The position numbers were made by a program, and so were the translations under genes. Positions 36,816 to 49,657 of a stretch of 64,000 nt of DNA are shown here, one piece after another; the first letter of the stretch is position 1, and the number at the start of each line of letters is the position of its first letter. The notes under the pieces were generated by a model. It was not told where the DNA came from. It saw only the letters and a program-made list of their open reading frames with translations, and searched no databases. Source of the stretch: Octopus sinensis (Eukaryota); assembly GCF_006345805.1 (NCBI RefSeq), contig NW_021832384.1, forward strand, positions 1 to 64,000. Direction: 5' to 3'.

Positions 36816-37444
36816 GCAGTATTATAGTCTGAGATTTTACACACAGGCACATATCCACAAGTGGCATGGTCATGGCTGGAAATCCTCTGATCATGGGCCT
36901 GCTTGATCAGGACTGTTTTGGCGCTAAGCAACTAACAAGAATCACTATTATTATCACCATACTGAGAGGTCCTTTACGTAGTCGCTCAACATGTTAGAAA
37001 TGGTAGCTAGATCATTCTCATGTAGTGTGTGGAAAATAGAGACAAAGTCTTTGGATACTGTTGTCTTAGATACATTATGACAAAAAAAAAAAGGAAAAAA
37101 AGTAAAGACTGGTTTGTTGGTACATCTATGATCATAGCTATTCTTAATTAGGTCTGGACTGGAGTTAAACAAATAGCAACAATCATTTAGAGATGGTGGT
37201 CCTGCATGTTTGCTCAAATGGCTAGAAATAGTAGCCATATTTGCCTCAAATTACACCAGTAAAGGAAAAAAAAAAAGAAAATGGTTGCAACTGGAATGTC
37301 TTTGACCCCAAGTTGGCATTTTTTTTGTGTTGGAACATGAAAGAATATAAGGTTAGTGAACCACCACCACCATTGTTTTCATACTGGGCCATGGACTATA
37401 TATTTGTAGTGTAAAGCAGTGAACATTGAACTAAATTGAATCAA

Positions 37445-38190
37445 TCCTCACATATTGTTGTGTCTATTCCCACCTATGCTGAAGGGTCAGGGACCATGGA
37501 TGCATGCACCATCTCCATTGAATCTCAACTCTGGCCATGGTTGTGCATTCAGCTATAGTTCTTCTGGTCCATTCTAAGTCTGTGTCTAAGTCTTTCCATT
37601 CCTCATTTCCCACCGACTTTTCCCTTTAGGAAATGGGTGCTGAGATTCTAGGCCTTGGTGACAAGCCCAAAATAATGCAGCTTCAATTTCCTGACTGTTG
37701 ACAAAAATCCCTCCTTTCTGTCCCCATTTCCTCCAGTTACTAACTCATTTGCTGATTGATGATCAATCCAGTTGATCCCCAGAACTCATTGGTAGCATAT
37801 CCTTTCAAATGTTCTGAGATTGGTATTGCCCTTTGTTTTAAGGTCCACTTTTCAAATCTATACAATGCAACCAGGCCAAACTAGTGTCTTCAGATTTAAT
37901 TCAATGCTCTTAAGAGCTCTGTCTTTCCAGATTGTATTGAGTGGTTTTAAGGGCAATCTTGTTGCTCCTGAGTTATGCTTCTATTTTGTGGCCTAAGTCT
38001 CCTGTGTCTGTGATAACACTCAGATATTTGAACTTGCATATCATATGTAGTTTATTTTTATCAATGGTGGCGATATTTTTACTCATTAGACTTGCAAGAA
38101 ATAACACCTTAATCTTCCTCAAACCATATCTTATCAGCTTGGTAGGGCTAATTGGAAAGAATTTGGCTATATTTCTAATATGTTGAGTGA
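37445..38190 (-). mobile_element. Decayed RTE-clade LINE, 3' end of ORF
   Basis: Translations YGLRKIKVL..IDKNKL..KFKYL (38021-38035), IWKDR, TFERICYQ*VLGINW and KLHYFG (37666-37684) match RTE C-terminal motifs. Confidence 0.8.
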
Positions 38191-38487
38191 CCAGGAAGAT
38201 ACCCTCCCACCGACATTGGTTCGTGACTCCCAAGTCAGCAAAATTCTCAATTAGCTTCAAAATTAATTGAAAACATAGAAAGGTAGTGTATTTAATTAGT
38301 AATATAGTTACAGAAAGGCTAAGCTTATCTAAGAACTAGGCTGTGAATGTTATTGTTGCTACTGTTTAGCCCCAGGTTAGAATTGAATGAGAAGGCCAAT
38401 GACCAAAGGCAATCAAGCTATGGCCATTTCGTCTTTTTTCTTTATCCCCAAGCAGTGTGGATCCAAAAGCACATAATTCAATCTATG

Positions 38488-38758
38488 TTAGTCCCCTTTC
38501 GTTACTGTATTTATTTTGAGGGGCTTTGTGTTTCGTTCAATTACATTAATATAACAAAGAATTTAGTAAAATAACTTAGTTATCATCAAGCTAGTGTTAG
38601 GAACGTAAATTGTGACTAAGTTTTGGTGGAAGATTTTAATTCAAAACTTATGAAAACAAGGCTTTTGTACTAAAGAGCCAGAGCCGGTTTCAGCCGGATT
38701 GGTAATGAAAGAGTTAACCCTTTCATTACCAACCCGGCTGAAACTGGCTCTGGCTCTG
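38488..38758. mobile_element. TTAA MITE plus an opposed MITE end sharing one TTAA (82-bp palindrome)
   Basis: 38675-38756 is a near-perfect palindrome centred on ttaa at 38714-38717. Confidence 0.8.
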
Positions 38759-38852
38759 TGTGTTTAGCTGTGTGTTTTGAGGGAGATTAGGCTGCTGTTT
38801 CTAGCAGAGATTCCATTTTAAGTCCCTCAATCATAAAGAAATAAATGGTGGT

Positions 38853-39175
38853 GGGGAGAAACCATGGTGTGCCACTGTGACAGCAGCAGTTGAAACATTG
38901 CAAATGACAGTGAGAGGACCTCTACACAGTTGATCTACCTACTAGAAATAGTAGCTAAATTTTTCTTATATCACACATAATCTAAAATGGAGAGAGAGAA
39001 CATATTGGATAGTATTTTATTAGTTGTTGATCATGTTTAAAATGGGGAGAAACCATGGTGTGCCACTGTGACAGCAGCGGTTGAAACAATGCAAATGACA
39101 GTGAGAGGACCTCTACACAGTTGATCTACCTACTAGAAATAGTAGCTAAATTTTTCTTATATCACACACAATCTA

Positions 39176-39212
<37 letters not shown>

Positions 39213-39255
39213 ATATTGGATAGTATTTTATTAGTTGTCGATCATGTTTAAAATG
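38853..39255. repeat. Tandem duplication, 191-bp unit x2
   Basis: ggggagaaaccatggtgtgccactgtgac... starts at 38853 and 39044; the second copy has an expanded (GA)n. Confidence 0.92.
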
Positions 39256-40360
39256 CCTTTTGATCCTATACTTGGTAGTTGACTCACACACACACGTAAC
39301 CTGTGGAGTTAAACAATTTCTTCAGTTAAATCATTCAATCCTTAAGCAGGCAATTGCTAACAAAAGAAAAAGAGAGAGAGGGGAGAAGATAAAAAGCAAC
39401 TTTGTGTTGTACTTATAGCTGCATAAAATATTAATCCCATTCACACATAAACCAATTCACACAGGAACACTATGCAATGCCCTCCATAACTTTTGTATAC
39501 ATTTTGGACTTATATTTTGTTATCTCTAAGAAAGAAATGGTGGGTGGTGGTGGTGGTGGTGGAGTGTCTGTATATATATGTATATCTGATAAGATGTCAA
39601 CTTGAAGCTGTAAGTGAAGCATAAATGATTAGATAAAGAAAATTTGAAAAAGAAAATTTGAAAAAAAAAAAAAAAAAAAATCGGGGGCGGAGATAGAGAG
39701 AAAGAGATTCATATCTAAATTAAGTTGTATAATTATGGATTTCAGACAGTTTGTTCACTTCTCTTATACATACATGTTCCAACAAAGAATATGCGTATTT
39801 TATCAAAAAAAATAGGCCTAAGTACAAACTGGGAAAAAGAAAAAGCAGTGGAATGTGGCACGGACGGACGGGGGGGGGGGGGGGTAAGATTTAACAGGTT
39901 TATTGCTTAGGGATGTGACATAAATGAATCCAGACATAGTACAGCAGTTTATATATTTTAATGACTTGGAGAAGAGAGCACAGTACTTGTGGGTTTTTTT
40001 CCGCTTTTCTTTTTGGAAGGCCTCCTTGGGGAATAAGGGAGAAATAGAAGCAAAAGAAGCAATTTTCAAACCAGAGTCTTGGCCTAAATACATGAAACAA
40101 AGAGTAGATTCTGCTAAAATCCCTCAAGAGGCAGGTGGTGGTGGTGTTAAAGTAAGGGATAGATTGCCTACCACCCAAGAACAGGAATAATCCATTTAAA
40201 GGGCTATGGGGCATGGTTTCCAGTTACCAAAATATTTGGGATAACTCTAGGCTACGGTAGAAGACACTTGTCCAAGGACCAAACGTGGTGCAACATAATA
40301 TAAAAGCAAAGTTCTTAATATGGATTTCTGGACCCAGGAATATAGACACAAAGACACATT

Positions 40361-40589
40361 TTAACCCTTTAGTGTTTAAACTGGCCAAATCCGGCCCAAT
40401 ATATTCTACATGTCTTATATTCAAACTGGCAATATTTAGCCTCTCACACCTAACCTACATTGACATTCTAAAAATAAACAATCACATCATTGAAACCTCA
40501 AAGCTATAAGATAATGCATGATTAATTCTAAACAATTTGAGTGAAAAAGTATTACATTTAACAGAGTAATCGGAACACGAAAGGGTTAA
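40361..40589. mobile_element. Complete TTAA-flanked MITE (piggyBac-like)
   Basis: TTAA|ccctttagtgttt ... gaacacgaaaggg|TTAA; 13-bp TIR with 2 mismatches. Confidence 0.8.
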
Positions 40590-41032
40590 AGAAAGGATCT
40601 TGAATGGTATTTTAGTTATTTTATTGATCCTAGAGTATCTAGGACTCTATTAATGTTTCCATTCTGCTGAGGTTGACTTCAGATTTCATCCTTTTGGGGT
40701 TAATAAAATAAGTACCAGTTAATCATTGAGGTTCATATAACTGAATAGCCTCCAGCCACCAAATTTCAGAACACAAAGATTATCTAATGATACACATTTC
40801 AATACAGTAAGTGTAATTTAGGGTAGATTTGGTTGCTATTTCCAGCTAGTCAAGGGACAATATAGAGGTTTCCTCAATGGTTCTTACACGGTTATTGAAT
40901 ATTATGACAATGCAAAAATGAGACAATATTGAGAGAAGTACTGTGTGGAAACAGCTGAGACTGGATCGCCTGGATCATTGTGGCTACTACAAAAATAATA
41001 AACTAAATTTCCAAGACAAACAAAAATACATA

Positions 41033-41224
41033 CATCATCATCATCGTTTAGTGTCCGCTTTCCATGCTAGCATGGGTTGGACGGTTCAACTGGGGTCTGG
41101 GAAGCCAGAAGGCTGCACCAGGCCTAGTTTGATGTGGCAATGCTTCTACGGCTTGATGCCCTTCCTAACGCCAACCACTCTGTGAGTGTAGTGGGTGCTT
41201 TTTACGTGCCAGACGAGGCTGGCA
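41033..41224 (-). mobile_element. Family D retroposon, truncated
   Basis: (CAT)n tail plus family D core. Confidence 0.8.
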
Positions 41225-41665
41225 AACAATTTTCAGAAATAGCACTAATTAGAGTATCCACACAAAATACCAAAAAGGGTATTTCTAGGGACCATATACA
41301 TTATGCACATTGCGCCAAGGTCAAATACACACACAAAATATAGAAATAAGCACCATTAAGTACTGCATACATTATGGAGAATATTCCAGAGAACCTCACA
41401 GTATTTACTTCGAATCTCTTTGCTCTGAGTTCAAATCTCATCAAGACCAACTTTATCTTGTCAAAAAAAAAAAAAGAAAAAAAAAACACCAGCCAAGAGT
41501 GGTGGACTGGATGCTTTGTTCTAATTCTGTGCAATCTGGGACCAAATCTTAGTGTAGTGTACTTAAGTGGTATACGCAATCTGTCGTCTGGTTTAACACC
41601 ACCACTCGACACCTTGACTGTCTCTATAATAAGCATTTGGACCAAGTTATTATTTTGAGGATACC

Positions 41666-41894
41666 TAATTCTTTATTACCCACAAGGGCTAAACACAGAG
41701 GGGACAAACAAGGACAGACATAGGTATTAAGTCGATTACATCGACCCCAGTGCGTAACTGGTACTTAGTTTATCGACCCCGAAAGGATGAAAGGCAAAGT
41801 CGACCTCGGCGGAATTTGAACTCACAACGTAACGCAGACGAAATACCGCTAAGCATTTCGCCCGGCATGCTAACGTTTCTGCCAGCTCGCCGCC
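41666..41894 (-). mobile_element. Full-length family B SINE with 16-bp TSD
   Basis: ttattttgaggatacc at 41650-41665 and 41895-41910. Confidence 0.93.
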
Positions 41895-42151
41895 TTATTT
41901 TGAGGATACCGTTTTCACTCTCACCAGTCTCTGATACCCTGTTAAGGATCACGAGCTTTGCCCTCCTCTCCAAACAGATTAGGATCAACTGGAACACTTG
42001 CCATCATAACCAACAGAGTGACGTTTCCCATTTATCATCGTTGTTCTAACTGGGACTCCTCATCTATTGGCACCTCCGACTCCTCTATGTAATTAAGTGA
42101 CTGTGGTCTATTTTACTGACTCCGACTCCAGCTACTCCTTAATTGTTTCCA

Positions 42152-42538
42152 GAGTGGAGGCGCAATGGCCCAGTGGTTAGGGCAGCGGACTTGCGGTCAT
42201 ACAATCGCGGTTTCGATTCCCAGACCGGGCATTGTGAGTGTTTATTGAGTGAAAACACTAAAAGCTCCACGAGGCTCTGGCAGGGATGGTGGTGATCACT
42301 GCTGTACTCTTTCACCACAACTTTCTCTCACTCTTACTTCCTGTTTCTGTTGTACCTGTATTTCAAGGGGCCGGCCTTGTCACTCTCTGTGTCACGCTGA
42401 ATATACCCGAGAACTATGTTAAGGGTGCACGTGTCTGTGGAGTGCTCAGCCACTTACACGTTAATTTCACGAGCAGGCAGTTCTGTTGATTCGGATCAAC
42501 CGGAACCCTCATTGTCGTAACCGACGGAGTGCTTCCAA
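42152..42538 (+). mobile_element. Full-length family C SINE with 11-bp TSD
   Basis: aattgtttcca at 42141-42151 and 42539-42549. Confidence 0.92.
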
Positions 42539-43244
42539 AATTGTTTCCAACTCCAGCTCCACAGCCCTGGTTCTAACATCCATTTCTCCATGCTGGCATG
42601 AGTGGAATGAAATTAACTGAGGCAGATTTTTCTATGGCCAGATGCCCTTCCTGCTTACTTGCCCTCAGTTTTCAGGCAAGTTAAATATTTCTGCCTAACC
42701 AACCAGACAACTTTTCTTCAGAACACTGAAAATGAAAGATGCTGCTTGTATGTCAGTGACACTAATTTGCAACTGTCATTTAAAAAAAAAAAATTATTTT
42801 TGAGGGTTCTCATTCTTTTTTAATGATACACTTAAGATTAATTAATCAAGATTATACAGCCCCTTAATGCCATATCATACCACCAGAGGAGTCAGTCATT
42901 GTCAATAGTAGAAGGTTCACAGGGCAAGTTCCTCATCCACTCACAACAACCTTTATGTGGTGATGAACAGATAAGGTACCATATCTACCCACTCACAGGG
43001 CAGAGTACCACATAATTGACACAAGTAATTGACTTCAAGTAAGACTAACTATTCAGCTGAAATACCCACCTACCTACATTAGTTAAGATACTGACAATAG
43101 CAAGAACATATCCAGCTATCTCTGACCCAAACTTACAGTGGTAATAATAATGGTGATATTTCAAAGAGGACACATCAATTTCTCTGTTTCTCTCCCACAC
43201 AAACACAATGAAGTTCAAGCCAAGAAGTGCAACATAATAAAAAT

Positions 43245-43350
43245 ATATATATATATTTACAAACACATACATACACACACAAATACACATATACATACAA
43301 ATATATATATACACAAATATATATACATATACACACACAGACATGCACAG

Positions 43351-43405
<55 letters not shown>

Positions 43406-44060
43406 TATCTATATATATATATACACACACACACATATATATATATAAACATATATACATATAGACACACACATATATACATATATATACACACAGATAT
43501 ATATATACATATATACACATATATATATACACATATACACACATATATATATACACATATATATATACACATATACACATATATATATACACATATACAC
43601 ATATATATATACACATATACACATATATATATATACACATATATACACACATATATATATACACATATATACACACACACACACACACACATACATACAT
43701 ATATATACACACACACACACACACACATACATACATATATATATATACACACACACACATACATACATATATATATATACACACACACATACATACATAT
43801 ATATATATACACACACACAGATATATATATATATGTACACACATAATTGTACACACATATATATGTACACATATATACACTCGCAGATATACATATATAT
43901 ATACACATATATATATACATACACAGACTTTAAACAAGGATGATGATGATGTAAATACATATATATATATATATAGACACATACATACAAATATAAATAC
44001 AAACATGTATATACATATATACTCCTACATACATACATATATAACACACACACACGCACA
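43245..44060. repeat. Compound (CA)/(TA) microsatellite
   Basis: Direct inspection. Confidence 0.95.
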
Positions 44061-44384
44061 CATAAATGACTTGACATTATTCGCACATTGCCTGTAACAT
44101 GATCTTGCTGAGAACCAAGAGAAATACAGGTCAGATGTGAAAGGAGGCTTGGAACAAAAACAAAAACAAAAGTATGTTCCTGCACGCACACACACACACA
44201 CACACATAGACACACAGACACACTGTGAGAAGAAAAAAAAATCCCACAAACAATATAAAAAGCAGTAACAAAAGACAAAGACAAGCTGGAAAAATAGATG
44301 GGGGCGGAAAAGAGAAGTTTCTTAATTTGGCACAAGAGTTGAGTGACTAAACCGTATACAGCAAATAATGAGTTGCAGTTTTCC

Positions 44385-44431
<47 letters not shown>

Positions 44432-44607
44432 TTTTTTTTTTTTTTTTACACAGAGACTCACACAGACATTATTCGCATATGTTTCCCATGAAAATCAGAA
44501 TCAATGAGGGGAACAACAACTGTACTCTACTACACGCAATCCTAATTAAGCCCTCAAGAATTTATGCATACCTACATGTATATAGATATTAAAAAAATAC
44601 ATGTACA

Positions 44608-45396
44608 GGCGCAGGCATGGCTGTGTGGTAAGGAGCTTGCCTCCCAACCACACGGTACTGGGTTCAGTCCCACTGTGTGGCACCTTGGGCAAGTATCTTC
44701 TACTTTAACTATGGGCCGACCACAGCCTTGTGAGTGGATTTGGAAGACAGAAACTGAAGGAAGCCCTTCATATATCCTTTTATTCTTTTACTTGTTTCAT
44801 TAATTTACTGCAGCCATGCTGGAGCACCGAATTTAGTCGTACACGTCGACCCCAGGACTTATTCTTTGTAAGCCTAGTACTTATTCTATCAGTCTCTTTT
44901 GCCGAACCGCTAAGTTATGGGAACATGAACACAACAACATCAGTTGTCAAGCGATGGTGGGAGGACAAATAGACACACACACACACATATATATATACGA
45001 TGGGCTTCTTTCAGTTTCCATCTACCAAATCCACTCACAAGGCTTTGGTCAGCCCGAGGCTATAGTAGAAGCCACTTGACCAAGGTGCCAAGCAGTGGGA
45101 TTGAACCAGTCATGTGGTTGGTAAGCAAGCTGCTTGCCACACAGCCACCCCTGCGCCTATATATAGGTGTATATGTATATATATATATATATCTGTGACT
45201 GTGTCTGTTCCTCTATCACTACTTGACAACTGGTGTTGGCGTGTTTACATTCCCGTAACTTAGCAGTGCAGCAAAAGAGACCAATAGAATAAATACTAAA
45301 CTTAAAAAAAAAGTCCTGGGGTAGATTTGTTCAACAAAAGCCCGTCAAGGCAGTGCTCCAGCATGGCCGCAGTCAAATGACTGAAACAAGTAAAAG
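44608..45396. mobile_element. Cluster of three family A pieces (+ 5' half, - full copy, + 3' half)
   Basis: 44608-44770 (+), 44785-45157 (-), 45215-45396 (+). Confidence 0.82.
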
Positions 45397-45794
45397 AAAA
45401 AAAAAAAAATGCACATATCCTTAAAAATGTTTCACCGCGGAGGCAGCGGCCATGCTGGGGCACCACCGTTGTGGTATTGGGTCTATGCTAAGAAATTATT
45501 AAAGTGGCCAGCAGGCAGGATCGTTAGCGTGTCGGACAAAATGCTTAGCAGTATTTCTTCCGCTCTCCTTCCCTGAAATTGCTGGCCTCATATGTAGATA
45601 TCTTTTACTTCTTTCAATCATTATACTGTGGCCATGATGGGGCATCACTTTGAAGAATGTTTTAGCTGAATGAATTAACCCCAGTACTTACTATATTGGT
45701 GTCTTTTGCTGAACTGCTAAGTTACAGGGATGCAAAGAAACCAACACTAATTGTCAAGTGATGGTGGCAAGGAACAAACACAGACACACATGCA

Positions 45795-45839
<45 letters not shown>

Positions 45840-45934
45840 ATGGGCTGCTTTCAATTTCTGTCTAGCAAAACCACTCACAAGGCTTTGATCAGCCTGAGGC
45901 CATAGTAAAAGACATTTGTCCAAAGTATCATGTG

Positions 45935-46317
45935 GTGGAGGCGCAATGGCCCATTGGTTAGGGCAGCAGACTCGCGGTCGTAGGATCGCGGTTTCGATTC
46001 CCAGACCGGGCGTTGTGAGTGTTTATTGAGCGAAAACACCTAAAGCTCCACGTGGCTCCGGCAGGGATGGTGGTGATCCCTGCTGTACTCTTTCACCACA
46101 ACTTTCTCTCACTCTTACTTCCTGTTTCTGTTGTACCTGTATTTCAAAGGGCCGGCCTTGTCACTCTCTGTGTCACGCTGAATATCCCCGAGAACTACGT
46201 TAAGGGTACACGTGTCTGTAGAGTGCTCAGCCACTTACACATTAATTTTATGAGCAGGCTGTTCCGTTGATCGGATCAACCGGAACCCTCGTTGTCGGAA
46301 CCGACGGAGTGCTTCCA
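45935..46317 (+). mobile_element. Full-length family C SINE
   Basis: Near-identical to the 12758-13143 copy in reverse. Confidence 0.9.
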
Positions 46318-47176
46318 TCAATTATCATGGACACAATCCAATTACTGAAACTTAGAGAGAGGGAGAGAGAGAGATAGAGGGATCCACAACAGAGTGGGTG
46401 CTTTTTACGTGGCACCAGCATCTGTGTGTTTTACATGGCACCGATATCCAAACACCAAGGTGCCACAACACAAGGCCAAAGGAGATTTAATCAATGTCAG
46501 TTCTTGATTAAGACATTATTCTATTGAACCCAGAATGGATGAAAGTTGAAGATGACAGGATTTGAACCCAGAACACAAATAGCATAAAACATTATGCCAT
46601 ATGCTCTACTGATTCTCCAAATTAATTTCCTTCCTTTCTTCTGTATTATTTGGAATGGTACAGAATTGGCAGAGTCATGTACTAGTTAGTTAGTTATGGT
46701 CAGTGTCTGTGTTCAAATGAGGTTGAGACTTACTTTGGTTTTCATCTTTCCAAAAGCAATGAGACCAATTACCAGTCAAGTACCAAGGATGGTGTGACAG
46801 TTAATATAATCGTAAAATATGAGGTTTTCTTTAGTTATTACGAAAACAAAGTCAAAGCCATACATTTTGGAGAAGATATTCTGAGTAACTTCAATGGTGT
46901 GTGTATGCCAACCTCAACAGGATTTGAACATGCAACTTATGAACTGGAAAGAAAAACACTGCAAAGCTCTATTATTGCTCTCACCAATAAAGATACTAAT
47001 AATGGTTTTTATTTTTGGCACAAGGCCAGCAATTTCAGGTAGGGAGAGCGGAAGAAATACTGCTAAGCATTTCGTTCAACGCGCTAACGATCCTGCCTGC
47101 TGGCCACTTTAATAATTTCTTAGCATAGACCCAATACCACAAATTTGGTGGGAGAGGTATTATTTATTGTATAGAC

Positions 47177-47682
47177 GGCAAGACTTCAGCCCGTCCCCAC
47201 CCAAAAACCACCCTTAAAAAAAAATTTATTTTTTTCGACACAAACATATACATTCTCAAGAAAATTGGCAAAAATTGACATTTCTAAATTACCACCCCCA
47301 CCCTTATTTCCTTCATTTTAAACCTTTTTCAGATTTTTTTTCTCAAAATATGCAGAAAAATACGGAGATTATGATTCTGAAAAAAATTTCCAAAAATCTT
47401 TGTAAAATTTTTTTTGAGAATTATTTTTCTTCTAAATATGCAGAAAAATATGGACATCATGATTCGGACAAAAATTTCAAAACATTTCTGTACTTATGGT
47501 TAGGGTTTTAGGGTTATGGTTACTGTTGGGGGAAAAAGTCAAAATTGAAGAAGTTGGTGGGAAAGAAAGGGGATTTCACAATGCCGATTTTCGGCAATTT
47601 TCCGGAACCTCCGTATCCGAAAACGGGGATTTATGACAAAAAAAAAGAGAATATGGGGAGGGGAACGGGCGGAAGTCTTTCC
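47177..47682. mobile_element. 506-bp non-autonomous DNA transposon, 8-bp TSD, GG...CC termini (Merlin-like)
   Basis: gtatagac at 47169-47176 and 47683-47690; TIRs ggcaagacttcagcccgtcccc / ggggaacgggcggaagtctttcc. Confidence 0.75.
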
Positions 47683-48053
47683 GTATAGACTCCCCTCAAT
47701 CCAAGTACGTCACAGGTATTTGACGTCAACTTCAGCGGGATTTGAGCCCCGGCCTCAAAAATATTTTCTATTTTAGCTCTACCGACTCGGCTAACCATCA
47801 ACCCAAATAACAACAACAATAATAAACCTCCTTTCCCTCCAATAATGTCAACAGGTAATAAAAAAGACTGCCGATTGTTGTATGAGATCCAACCGGAAGA
47901 CAGGAGAGACCGTACAGGTGTATACACCCCCCCGCACACACATACACATGATGTTTTATACATCACACAATGCAGACAAACGAACGATGTCAGTCGGTGT
48001 GAATGGATATTAAAAGCAGGCGCCGCTCTACTGTCAATAAAACAAAGGCTTCA

Positions 48054-48158
48054 TAGAAGAAGCATTAGCGGGTCAATAAGTATGTATGCGTATATACATA
48101 ATATACACACACACAAATATATACATACATACTTATCGACCCGCTAATGTTTCTTCTA
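48054..48158. repeat. Short fold-back element with ~40-bp arms
   Basis: tagaagaagcattagcgggtcaataagtatgtatg / catacatacttatcgacccgctaatgtttcttcta. Confidence 0.85.
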
Positions 48159-48228
48159 TATAGCTCTGAGTAGGTGTATCATCTTGCTATGCACAGAGTA
48201 CGTTTTCTTCCATTTGTAGATCCACTCT

Positions 48229-48538
48229 CTCTTTTACTTGTTTCAGTCATATGACTGCGGCCATGCTGGAGCACCGCCTTTAGCCGAGCAAATCGACCCC
48301 GGGACTTATTCTTTGTAAGCCCAGTACTTATTCTATCGGTCTCTTTTGCCGAACCGCTAAGTAACGGGGACGTAAACACACCAGCATCGGGGGACAATAA
48401 TGCTAGCATGGTGTGTTTATATCCTCGTCACTTAGCAGTTCGGCAAAAAATATCGATAGAATATCGGGGTCGAGTTGTTTGACTAAAGGCGGTGCTCCAG
48501 CATGGCTGCAGTCAACTGACTGAAGCAAGTAAAAGAGT
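48229..48538. mobile_element. Opposed pair of family A 3' halves
   Basis: Minus copy 48229-48390, ~16-bp spacer, plus copy 48410-48538. Confidence 0.82.
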
Positions 48539-49012
48539 ATATAATATGTACATACACATATACATACATGCATATATACATACATATATATATAATACAT
48601 ATATATATACCTACATATATACATACATATCATACATACATATATCATACATATATATATACATACATATATATATATACATACATATATATATACATAC
48701 ATCATATATATATAACATACATATATACACACATATATATACATACATATAACATACATATATATATATACATACATATATACAACATATATATATATAC
48801 ATACATATATATAACACATATATATATACATACATATATTATATACATACATACATACACATACATACATATATATATACACATATATACACATATATAT
48901 ATTATACATATATATACACATATATATACACAATATATATATACATATATATATACATATATACAATACATATATACCATACATATATATATACATTATA
49001 CATACATATATA

Positions 49013-49043
<31 letters not shown>

Positions 49044-49621
49044 ACATATATACATACATATAACATACATATATATATACTACATACATACATATATATT
49101 ATATATACATACATATACATATATACATACATACATACATACCATATATACATACATATATACATACATATATACATACATATATACAATACATATATAC
49201 ATACATATATACATACCATATATACATACATACATACATATAATACATACATATATATATACATACATATATATATCCATACATACATATATATATATAC
49301 ATATATACATACATATATACATACATACACATACATACATACATATATATACATACATACATATATACATACATACATATATACATACATACACATACAC
49401 ATATATATATATATATATACATACATATATATTATATACATACATACTATATATACATACATATATATATAATACATACATACATATTATATACATATAT
49501 ATATATACATATATATATACATACATACTATATATATACATACAATATATATATACATATACATATACATATACATACATATATATATACTACATATATA
49601 TACATACATATATATATATAC

Positions 49622-49657
<36 letters not shown>

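Noticed and set aside
39924-40190. 88-aa ORF MNPDIVQQFIYFNDLEKRAQYL...
   Set aside because: Looks protein-like but I cannot assign a family and see no convincing splice partners; blastp/tblastn would be needed
42152-42230. tRNA genes at the heads of families A, B and C
   Set aside because: A/B boxes are present, but they continue into SINE bodies with TSDs and show no intact cloverleaf
47498-47522. Telomere or telomere-healing site (ttaggg-like)
   Set aside because: Only 3-4 degenerate units, internal to a TIR element
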